Origin: a virus
Taxonomy: Duplodnaviria > Caudoviricetes
Direction: 5' to 3' (one strand)
Virus record (IMG/VR): IMGVR_UViG_3300015050_000800
Span: 1-41,569 of that record
DNA: 41,569 nt
The notes beneath the pieces were generated by a model that was given only the letters and a program-made list of their open reading frames with translations, searched no databases and was not told the origin of the DNA. A program made the translations under genes and the position numbers. How positions within the stretch are numbered: the first letter of the stretch is position 1; each line of letters starts with the position of its first letter. Positions 34,306 through 41,569 of the stretch are shown here, piece after piece.

Positions 34306-35009
34306 GCGAGCGCGGCTTCATTAGCATCAGCCGCAAGATATTTGATAATCCGCTCCTTCGGGATGCGGACTACTTCCGCGCATGGGTATGGCTCATTTGT
34401 GAGGCCTGCTGGAAACCAGCCCGAGAGCGCATTCAGACCGGCAGGTCGTTCACTATGGTTGATCTTGAGCGCGGGCAGTTGTCTCACGCCAGGAGCTTCA
34501 TCGCCAAGGCGCTCGATATGAGCGAGCAGCGCGTGAGGACGTTTTTAAATCATCTCGAAACCGAGGGGATGATTAGCCGCACAACCAACCAAGGACAGAT
34601 GGTCATAACCATCTGCAAATACGACGAATATCAGATTGATCCCCTAGCAACTAACCAGCGATCAGGGGGGGCAACTAACCAGCAACTAACCAGCGATCAA
34701 CCAGAACTAAATAAGGGTAATAAGGGAATAAAAGATAGTAGCGCGTCCGCGCCGATCAAATTTCCAAAACCAAGGGCAACAACAATCGCTGACGGCTTTG
34801 CGCCTGACGCGGCGATGCTTCGCTTTGCGGCGGATCGTGGATTCGCTGGTGTTGAAGTCACCCGCATGTTCGAGAAATTTGCCAACCATCACCGGGCGAA
34901 GGGTTCCAGATTTGTGGACTGGGCTGCCGCATGGCGCACATGGGTCGGCAATCAGGTCGATTTCAATTCTCAACGTCCGCAGCGGCGGGCAGGAACGCCG
35001 GATGTTTGA
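34302..35009 (+). CDS. Replication initiator protein
   Basis: GFISISRKI..LERGQ..SEQRVRTFL winged helix; internal iterons; C-terminal DWAAAWRTW. Confidence 0.82.
   Translation: MSERGFISISRKIFDNPLLRDADYFRAWVWLICEACWKPARERIQTGRSFTMVDLERGQLSHARSFIAKALDMSEQRVRTFLNHLETEGMISRTTNQGQMVITICKYDEYQIDPLATNQRSGGATNQQLTSDQPELNKGNKGIKDSSASAPIKFPKPRATTIADGFAPDAAMLRFAADRGFAGVEVTRMFEKFANHHRAKGSRFVDWAAAWRTWVGNQVDFNSQRPQRRAGTPDV
34647..34733 (+). repeat. Replication origin: iterons plus A-rich tract
   Basis: GCAACTAACCAGC at 34647, 34671 and 34682, followed by AATAAGGG repeats, inside the initiator gene (lambda O-like layout). Confidence 0.75.
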
Positions 35010-35011
35010 TC

Positions 35012-35314
35012 ATGGACGCTGGCGAAATCTTGAATCACTTCCGCATCCGGGTTCGGTCAACGAAGGCCGGAAACCAGAAGGCGGTTTGTCCCGAGTGTTC
35101 GCACAAGCGAAAGCACAAATCGGACCCGTGCTTATCGGTGCTGATCAACGGCGAGGGCGTCTGTTTCAATTGCAAGAACTGCGGGCACAAAGGGGGATTG
35201 TACTATGACGGTAAGCCCAAAAGCGGAAGCATGGTTCGAGGCTCGGGCGATAGACCCGGAGATCGTCGCACGCATGGGGATTTACTCAGGGCGTCGCGAG
35301 CTGGTTGGCGATGA
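35012..35314 (+). CDS. Primase zinc-binding domain as a separate ORF
   Basis: CPEC..DPCLSV..CKNCGHKGG. Confidence 0.75.
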   Translation: MDAGEILNHFRIRVRSTKAGNQKAVCPECSHKRKHKSDPCLSVLINGEGVCFNCKNCGHKGGLYYDGKPKSGSMVRGSGDRPGDRRTHGDLLRASRAGWR

Positions 35315-36746
35315 AGCCCAAGTGATCCCCGATGCCGCCGGGGACATCCTTGTGTTTCCGTATTACGAGGCCGGGGCGGATGTTTCGGCTAAGTATCGCG
35401 GGCGACCGCGCCCAGACGGATCAAAGGTGTTCTGGCAGCGCAAGGATGGCCGCAAGACGTTCTACAACGCCGATGTGTTGGATGACCCGGCTCTGGTTGA
35501 TGGCACCGCTGCACTTGTGATCGTGGAGGGTGAGCCGGACTGTCTTGCGGTCCTGACGGCGGGCTATCCGTTTGTTGTGTCTGTACCTGATGGTGCACCG
35601 GCTGATCGCGATGCCAATGGCAAGCCTCTCGCGCCTGTGCCTGATGGTGCTGACGACATCGACCCCGACAATGACCTGAAGTATTCTTACATTCAGAACA
35701 ATTGGGATCGCCTGTCTAAGATCAAGCGGTTCATCCTTTTCACAGACAACGATGGACCCGGCCAGCGGTTGCGCGATGAGCTTGCAAGGCGGCTGGGCCG
35801 CGTGCGCTGCGGCTTTGTGGTGTATCCAGATTGCGCTGGTAAAAAGCAGGACGCAAACGAAATTCTTGTCCAGCATGGACCAGAGGCGATCACGTCGATG
35901 ATCGCGAAGGCCCAGCCGTTCCCGGTTAAGGGCATCTATCACATCAACGATTTTCCGACGCTGGAGCGTCCGCGCACGGTGTCGAGCGGTTGGGGCCGTT
36001 TGGACTTGCCCGTTCAATCCGGCAATTGCGGCCTGATGCTGACAACCGGAATTTTCATGGTGGTGCTGGGCAAGCCTGGATCTGGCAAATCAACCTGGAC
36101 GTTGCAACTCGCTTACAACATGGCTCGCTCTCAGAATTGGAATGTCGGGCTGGGTTCATTCGAGGTTTTGCCGGTGCCATATGTGCGGGACATCCTTCGC
36201 TCGCACTTCATCGGTGCGGGGCGCGATGATTGGTCACCAATCAAGGTTCACGCCGCAGACCAGTTTATCCAGCGAAAGTTCACGTTCTTTCATATCGACG
36301 CCAGAACCGATGAGTCCGAGCAGTCGCTTGAATGGCTGTTAGATAAGGCAGCGGACGCCGTGGTTCGCGATGGCATCAAAATGCTGATCGTGGACCCGTG
36401 GAACGAGCTTGAACATGCGCGTCGCCGGGATGAAACAGAGACGCAATACACGGCGAGGGCGATACGCGCGCTGAAGAAGTTCGCGATGGCCTATGATGTA
36501 TTGGTCATCATCGTGGTTCACCCGACCAAGAGCGGCGGGGATAAGCCTCAAGGCGAATTGTCCCTATATGACGCTGATGGTTCGGCGCATTGGGTAAACA
36601 AGCCTGACATTGGGATCGTGGTCGAGCGTGACGACGCCAGCGGCCAATGCATCATTCATGGCCGAAAGTTCAGATTTTCATTCTTAGGACGTAAGGGATC
36701 AACCGGGTTTGTTTATGACCCTAAAACGGAGACGTTGAGTCAATGA
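35205..36746 (+). CDS. TOPRIM primase-SF4 helicase (T7 gp4/Twinkle-like)
   Basis: IVEGEPD, SVPDGA, DNDGPG, QDANE; Walker A GKPGSGKST; IVDPWN, VVHPTK. Confidence 0.92.
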   Translation: MTVSPKAEAWFEARAIDPEIVARMGIYSGRRELVGDEAQVIPDAAGDILVFPYYEAGADVSAKYRGRPRPDGSKVFWQRKDGRKTFYNADVLDDPALVDGTAALVIVEGEPDCLAVLTAGYPFVVSVPDGAPADRDANGKPLAPVPDGADDIDPDNDLKYSYIQNNWDRLSKIKRFILFTDNDGPGQRLRDELARRLGRVRCGFVVYPDCAGKKQDANEILVQHGPEAITSMIAKAQPFPVKGIYHINDFPTLERPRTVSSGWGRLDLPVQSGNCGLMLTTGIFMVVLGKPGSGKSTWTLQLAYNMARSQNWNVGLGSFEVLPVPYVRDILRSHFIGAGRDDWSPIKVHAADQFIQRKFTFFHIDARTDESEQSLEWLLDKAADAVVRDGIKMLIVDPWNELEHARRRDETETQYTARAIRALKKFAMAYDVLVIIVVHPTKSGGDKPQGELSLYDADGSAHWVNKPDIGIVVERDDASGQCIIHGRKFRFSFLGRKGSTGFVYDPKTETLSQ

Positions 36747-36844
36747 GCAAGCTGATGGAATACATCCGCAAATGGATGGCTAGTGGTCCTTGTCCTCACG
36801 GCTTTGCTAGGCCGGGGTATTGTAGTGAATGTAATTTTGATTGA
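36743..36844 (+). CDS. 33-aa Cys/His peptide (not in the ORF track)
   Basis: MSKLMEYIRKWMASGPCPHGFARPGYCSECNFD; ATGA-coupled. Confidence 0.45.
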   Translation: MSKLMEYIRKWMASGPCPHGFARPGYCSECNFD

Positions 36845-37375
36845 GCAGAAAAGACCGCACAAAGCCTAAATCGAAAACAACAACTGAACACACGAACTGA
36901 GTGGAGCGAGAATAAATGAGCATTCAGACAAAGCGAATTTCAGAAGTAGCGCGCGGTCCGTTTCTTTTTTGCAAGGAAACTTGGTCGATGGATGGTAGCG
37001 ACCCCGTCGATATGGACGCAGTATACAACGCTAACGGTGATTATGTCGGTGATGTGAAGTGCGCCGAAGAGCTTGAGAAGCGCGGCATATCACCAGAGAA
37101 GCGGACACCAACATCAAACGTTTGCTCAATCGGCTTCAGTGAGCGTGAGCAAAAGTGGTTCGGCTGGTCACACCGAGCGATCTACGGGTTCAAGGTTGGC
37201 GACGTGGTGAAGGAGGGCGATTGTGCTGCCGACAGTCTGCCTGCTGGGTTTGAAGCGAAGACCATGGATGACGCCAAGGAAATGGCTAAGGCGTTCGCTG
37301 CTTCGGTGTCCTAACTCACTCGCGGGACGGGGCATCACGTCCGCGATTTATGCTTTCTGCGAATCTTTTCTGAAC
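36843..37375. mobile_element. Cassette bounded by repeats 36843-36902 and 37312-37375
   Basis: GAGCAGAAAAGACCGCACAAAG..ACTGAGT / TAACTCACTCGC..GCTTTCTGCGAATCTTTTCTGAAC. Confidence 0.75.
36916..37314 (+). CDS. Conserved-type phage hypothetical protein (CSIGFSEREQKWFGWSHRA), cassette cargo
   Basis: Fills the cassette; stop codon abuts the inner box. Confidence 0.7.
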   Translation: MSIQTKRISEVARGPFLFCKETWSMDGSDPVDMDAVYNANGDYVGDVKCAEELEKRGISPEKRTPTSNVCSIGFSEREQKWFGWSHRAIYGFKVGDVVKEGDCAADSLPAGFEAKTMDDAKEMAKAFAASVS

Positions 37376-37397
37376 ACTCATCACCGGGGCAAACCAC

Positions 37398-37946
37398 ATG
37401 GCATGGTATATCGCGATTACGAATCCAAACTGTCACCGCCGCGCCGAGAATGGCCTAGCCAGTCTTGGTTACCAGGCGTTCTGGCCTAAGTGCCGGAAAT
37501 GGGCCTCTCATGCCCGCGTGAAGGTGGCGAAGGAATATCCGATCCTAGGGCGCTATCTGTTCATCAACGTGCCTGATGGGAATTTCTACGCCGTGCGGAA
37601 TGTCGATGGGATCGAGGCGCTACTAACGGGCGATGACCGCGCGCCGGTTTCCGTCTCAGAAACAACGGTCTGGGATTTCCGGGAGCGGTATCTCGCTGGC
37701 GAGTGGGATTTTGTCCGCGAGCGTCGCCCGGTGTTTGGGTGGAATAGAAAGAAGCAACGAAATGTTCTGATTGGCTACGAGGATAACCCGCCCTTGCCGC
37801 AAGGCGCGCGGGTCAGGATCATGGAAGGCGAGTTTTCGGAGCTACTTACCGTTGTGCGCGGGTTCCAGAACGGCAAGGTCAAGTTCCTGCCGCCGGGCAA
37901 GAGCAAGTTCTTCTTCACGCGAGAAGACAATGTGAGGGCGGCGTGA
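37398..37946 (+). CDS. NusG-family transcription antiterminator
   Basis: WYIAIT..PILGRYLFI..V..V.GI NGN domain and KOW GARVRIMEGEF; located in the Q position. Confidence 0.85.
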   Translation: MAWYIAITNPNCHRRAENGLASLGYQAFWPKCRKWASHARVKVAKEYPILGRYLFINVPDGNFYAVRNVDGIEALLTGDDRAPVSVSETTVWDFRERYLAGEWDFVRERRPVFGWNRKKQRNVLIGYEDNPPLPQGARVRIMEGEFSELLTVVRGFQNGKVKFLPPGKSKFFFTREDNVRAA

Positions 37947-38128
37947 TGGACGCTGCTGACATCAATCGCCGGATAGAGCTGGAGCGAAAAGATGCCTCGC
38001 GAAAGGTGCTGGAAGAGGCAATCAAATCCATTGAGGGATTGGAGACGGTCTACCGGAATGATATATATCGAAAGGCTTGGAAGGTGGCGGCGCAATCAAT
38101 TCGGACCATGATTTTGGGGATCAAATAG
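37946..38128 (+). CDS. Hypothetical protein
   Basis: TGATG coupling. Confidence 0.55.
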   Translation: MDAADINRRIELERKDASRKVLEEAIKSIEGLETVYRNDIYRKAWKVAAQSIRTMILGIK

Positions 38129-38574
38129 TGGCAAGAGTCAGACCGTGCGAATTGTATCGGCATTTCGACAGAGAAGGCACGCTTCTTTACGTCGGGATTT
38201 CGTATAATTCAGTCGAGCGTTTGATGAAGGGGCATAAGCAGAATGCTCTTTGGTTCGATCAGGTCACGAAGATAGAGATAGAAAGATTTCCGTCACGGTC
38301 AGAGGCGCTGCGGGCTGAGAAGGAGGCAATCAAGACTGATCGCCCGCGCCACAATATTTGGACGGACACAAGGCGCGGCATCAAGTGTCGTGATGGCGAG
38401 GAACAGCAAGAGATTGATCGGTTAATCGCTCTTATTGAGGCGCGCGGATATTCTATGCGCAAGAACTCATGTTTGAACGTAGCGCAGGCGGCGTGGAGAG
38501 CAATCGACGCGGGCGATGAGCCAGAGGAGTATTTAACCCGGCGTTTATCGACGCCAAGGGCGGTGCCGGGTTAG
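38128..38574 (+). CDS. GIY-YIG-like nuclease
   Basis: LYRHFDREGTLLYVGIS..R..H..EKEAI..P.HN. Confidence 0.75.
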   Translation: MARVRPCELYRHFDREGTLLYVGISYNSVERLMKGHKQNALWFDQVTKIEIERFPSRSEALRAEKEAIKTDRPRHNIWTDTRRGIKCRDGEEQQEIDRLIALIEARGYSMRKNSCLNVAQAAWRAIDAGDEPEEYLTRRLSTPRAVPG

Positions 38575-38633
38575 TTTCATCGCAGATGCCGGTCCTCGTT
38601 TCACCCGCAGGGCGGCTTGTGTCTTTCAGAGCC

Positions 38634-38826
38634 AATGGGGAACCACGCTCGATCAGGCCCTAATAAGGCTGGCCCCATTTGAGGCCGTGGTGACTGGCGG
38701 GAAAGACCGCCCACAGTTTCACAGTTCGAGCAGCGGCGCTCCCATGTGCCGACGTGATCAACAATCCCGTTATCCCCTTAACGAAGAGATCGCATGTAGC
38801 GGCCTTTCGAGGGGTGCTGCTGCTCG
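38634..38826 (+). ncRNA. Structured late-leader RNA (candidate)
   Basis: Three consecutive stems, including a 16-bp stem (38727-38742 with 38811-38826) containing three G-U pairs. Confidence 0.5.
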
Positions 38827-38836
38827 GAGCCTGATT

Positions 38837-39098
38837 GATTCAGAAAAGATCGCAGAAGGCTGACAATGAGTGAAGCTCCGGCATCTGTACTGAGTGATCC
38901 TCAGTACATCATTGCTTCTCCGTCATTTATCGAGCAGTTGCATTTAGCGTCGGATCGCTTTGGGATCTACCGAGAGCGCAGACTGCTGGCTCGGCACTTG
39001 CCGTTCGTTCGAGAGTACCGAGGCGAAGAATGGTGGCTCACTCAGTAATCATCTCTCGTTGTCCGCATTCCCCGCTTTCTGGGAGTCTTGCCTGAGCC
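38837..39098. mobile_element. Cassette bounded by repeats 38837-38895 and 39040-39098
   Basis: GATTCAGAAAAGATCGCAGAAGG..ACTGAGTGA / TCACTCAGT..CCCGCTTTCTGGGAGTCTTGCCTGAGCC. Confidence 0.72.
38866..39048 (+). CDS. Hypothetical protein (cassette cargo)
   Basis: N-terminal MSEAPASVLSD resembles MSETSVLSD of ORF 19528-19809. Confidence 0.5.
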   Translation: MSEAPASVLSDPQYIIASPSFIEQLHLASDRFGIYRERRLLARHLPFVREYRGEEWWLTQ

Positions 39099-39290
39099 AT
39101 GTCCGTAATCCTAATGCGTGACAAAGAACTAATAACAATCTCAGTTCATGGCTCTACAGAAACAATGCACATAGGCGAATGGTCAAAGCTGATAGCTAAA
39201 CCCACCAAGCCAATTGTTTATGATTTCAGCACGCATCAGCAATACATCGACCTCCCATCCGACAGCGAGCCAAGCAATGAACCGGCCTAA
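39099..39290 (+). CDS. Hypothetical protein
   Basis: ATG abuts the outer box; GGGAG RBS lies inside the repeat. Confidence 0.45.
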   Translation: MSVILMRDKELITISVHGSTETMHIGEWSKLIAKPTKPIVYDFSTHQQYIDLPSDSEPSNEPA

Positions 39291-39387
39291 CGACAAGTGG
39301 ACGTTTCAGATTGACTGTCCCGGCCATTGGGTAAGCGCGAGTCATTGGGGAATGTTTTGGGTTACAGGAACTTAGCGGCACAGAGCA

Positions 39388-39747
39388 ATGGCATTCCAAA
39401 AGGGTAAATCGGGCAATCCAGGCGGGAAGCCAAAGGACAAGGCGTTTGCTGACGCGGTGCGCGTTGCCGTTAACCGCGAAGAACCGGACGGTCGCAAGAA
39501 GCTGAATGCCCTCGCTGAGAAGTTGGTTGATTTCGCCCTAGCTGGCGAAGGCTGGGCGATGCAGCAAATAGCGGACCGGCTTGACGGCAAGCCCGCGCAA
39601 GAATCAACGGTGACATTTGACGACAAGCGAGAAGCAGCGGACTGGACCCGCGCAGAGCTGGTCGCCTTCCTCAATGAGCGCCGCGCAGGCAGCGACGGAG
39701 CTACTGAGGCGGACGGACGCGGCCCAGAACCTGATAGCGTTCACTGA
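39388..39747 (+). CDS. terS: Terminase small subunit (DUF5681-type)
   Basis: FQKGKSGNPGGKPK and DRLDGKP; directly before TerL. Confidence 0.8.
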   Translation: MAFQKGKSGNPGGKPKDKAFADAVRVAVNREEPDGRKKLNALAEKLVDFALAGEGWAMQQIADRLDGKPAQESTVTFDDKREAADWTRAELVAFLNERRAGSDGATEADGRGPEPDSVH

Positions 39748-41116
39748 ATACACCTTTCCGCGCTATCGGACTGCTGAGCATCATCGGATTATATCGGAGC
39801 AGCTAGAGCGAGTTGAGCGGGGTGAGATTGATCGCCTGATGCTGCTGGTGCCCCCGAGGCACGGCAAATCAGAACTGGCATCGAAGCGGCTCCCTGCTTG
39901 GTTTCTTGGTCGCCAGCCGCACAAGCAGTTTCTATCGGTATCCGCGACCGAAGGTCTTGCATCGGACTTTGGCCGTGAAGTCAGGAACATCATCAGCAGT
40001 CCTGAATATCAGGCGGTGTTTGATACGAGGTTGGCGGAAGATAGCCAAGCCAAGGGCAAGTGGCACACATCAGAGGGCGGCGTTTATTACGCTCTGGGTA
40101 TTGGTGGTTCTGTTCTCGGTCGTGGTGGCGATACAATTCTTATCGATGATCCTTACTCATCGATGCAGGACGCATTATCGGAACTCACGCGTAAGAACGT
40201 CTGGGATTGGTATACGGGCACGGCGTACAACCGCTTGATGCCAGGCGGCTCGATTGTCGTCATCAATCACCGAATGCACGAGGATGATCTGTGTGGTCGC
40301 TTGCTGGCCCAGCAGGCGGCAGGCGGCGACAAATGGGAAGTAGTTGAGCTTCCCGCGATTAACGATTCTGGCGAGGCGCTGTGGCCCGCAGCATACCCGA
40401 TAGCATCGCTTGAACGGATCAAGCGCAATTCGCAGCCAAGGTTTTGGTCCGCGCTGTACCAGCAGCGGCCCGCGCCGGAAGACGGCGATTACTTCAAGGC
40501 CGAATGGCTGCGTCCTTACACAGTAGCGCCTGATCCAAAGACGCTGCGAGTTTACGGCGGCTCTGACTACGCGGTGACCGCTGACGGCGGGGATTTCACG
40601 GTGCATGCCGTTGTTGGCCTAGATCCCGAGGGGCGGATGTACCTCCTCGATCTATGGCGCAAGCAGGCGGCATCGGATGAATGGGTTGAGTCGTTCTGCG
40701 ATTTGGTCCGCGAATGGGAGCCAATGAGCTGGGCAGAAGAAACCGGCCAGATAAAATCAGGCGTTGGTCCGTTCCTAGAGCGCCGGATGCGTGAGCGTCA
40801 AGCCTACGTTGTTCGCGAGCAGTTTCCGACGCGCGGCGACAAGGCGATTAGAGCGCAGTCCATTCGCGCCAGAATGGCTAATGACGGGCTTTACGTGCCG
40901 GTCAATGCGCCTTGGTATGCAGACTTTAGAAGCGAACTGTTGAGCTTCCCTGCGGGCAAGCACGACGATCAGGTGGACGCCATTGGTTTGGTCGGCCAGC
41001 TATTGAGCCGAATGATTGAAGGCGACAAGCCGCGCGCTGAAAAGCCGCAGGCACGTGACCGCTGGGATGCGGCGTTTGATGACGATGAGGATTCGCATAA
41101 TTGGAAAACAGCTTAA
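39674..41116 (+). CDS. terL: Terminase large subunit
   Basis: Walker A PPRHGKS, Walker B ILIDDP, nuclease motif HDDQVDA. Confidence 0.95.
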   Translation: MSAAQAATELLRRTDAAQNLIAFTEYTFPRYRTAEHHRIISEQLERVERGEIDRLMLLVPPRHGKSELASKRLPAWFLGRQPHKQFLSVSATEGLASDFGREVRNIISSPEYQAVFDTRLAEDSQAKGKWHTSEGGVYYALGIGGSVLGRGGDTILIDDPYSSMQDALSELTRKNVWDWYTGTAYNRLMPGGSIVVINHRMHEDDLCGRLLAQQAAGGDKWEVVELPAINDSGEALWPAAYPIASLERIKRNSQPRFWSALYQQRPAPEDGDYFKAEWLRPYTVAPDPKTLRVYGGSDYAVTADGGDFTVHAVVGLDPEGRMYLLDLWRKQAASDEWVESFCDLVREWEPMSWAEETGQIKSGVGPFLERRMRERQAYVVREQFPTRGDKAIRAQSIRARMANDGLYVPVNAPWYADFRSELLSFPAGKHDDQVDAIGLVGQLLSRMIEGDKPRAEKPQARDRWDAAFDDDEDSHNWKTA

Positions 41117-41569
41117 CGCCTGACAAGAGCGATGAGGCCAAAGGCCTGCTCGATGTTGGCGACCTCTGCCGCATGTTTGAAGAAAGCGAGGACTCGTCTT
41201 ACGAGTCGCGCAAGCTGGCAGAGCGTGACCGCGATTACGTGGACAACAAGCAACTCACGGCTGAAGAACTCGCGACCTACAAAAAGCGCGGCCAGCCTCC
41301 GGTTATCGACAATCGGATCAAGACCAAGATTGATTATCTCGTTGGCCTAGAGAAGCAGCAGCGGATTGACCCGAAGGCGCTTCCTCGCACGCCAAAGCAT
41401 GAGGACGATGCTGACGGCGCTACAGAGGCGCTGCGTTACGTTGCCGAGGAACAGGATTACGACGCCAAGCGATCAAGCGTATGGCGCAACATGCTGGTTG
41501 AGGGCACTGGCGGCATTGGCGTATCTGTCACCGAGGCAATCGACTACAACGGCCAGCCCGGCATTGAAA
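41101..41569 (+). CDS. Portal protein, 5' part (continues at the window start)
   Basis: TTG 41101 with GAGGA RBS; MENSLTPD..RDRDYVDNKQ..KRGQPPVIDNRIK, in frame with 45..1673. Confidence 0.88.
   Translation, partial: MENSLTPDKSDEAKGLLDVGDLCRMFEESEDSSYESRKLAERDRDYVDNKQLTAEELATYKKRGQPPVIDNRIKTKIDYLVGLEKQQRIDPKALPRTPKHEDDADGATEALRYVAEEQDYDAKRSSVWRNMLVEGTGGIGVSVTEAIDYNGQPGIE
41447..41569. repeat. Terminal direct repeat, copy 2
   Basis: Identical to 1-123. Confidence 0.95.

Noticed and set aside
18952-39098. Cassettes as ordinary IS elements or MITEs
   Set aside because: No transposase, no consistent target-site duplication seen, and the interiors are unrelated to each other.
39139-39202. TCTCAGT..CTAAACC as another repeat end; also isolated ACTGAG hits near 1394, 2024, 11485, 29000 and 39704
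   Set aside because: They lack the outer-box core at the expected spacing and are consistent with chance hexamers.

Overview
The window is a complete, circularly permuted genome of a temperate P22-like podovirus. Unit length is 41,446 bp, since bases 1-123 repeat exactly at 41447-41569, and the portal gene runs across the junction. The host is probably an alphaproteobacterium of the Bradyrhizobium/Afipia type (inferred from a GcrA-like gene, a TSCPD gene and gene style). Gene order: portal, scaffold, N4-gp56/DUF4043-type capsid, decoration, tail adaptor and hub, three ejection proteins, fibre and tailspike, an antisense FkbM methyltransferase moron, lysis genes (holin, SAR endolysin, spanins), an RNase H-fold exonuclease, attP, tyrosine integrase and xis, a leftward early operon, CI/Cro with five 17-bp operators, DNA methylase, RusA, Rad52-like annealase, SSB, HNH, replication initiator with iterons, split primase-helicase, NusG-like antiterminator, GIY-YIG, a structured late leader, and TerS/TerL. 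The main unexplained signal is a dispersed family of about 22 bipartite repeats, each about 55-65 bp. The outer box is roughly G(T/A)TCAG or GAGCAG followed by AAGA(T/C)CGCAGAAAG. The inner box, ACTGAGT, lies 50-59 bp further in. Most copies are inward-facing inverted pairs bracketing single accessory genes or single protein domains, often read through in frame. This suggests a gene/domain cassette capture or shuffling system. All calls were made by eye from the sequence and ORF track; no searches were run.
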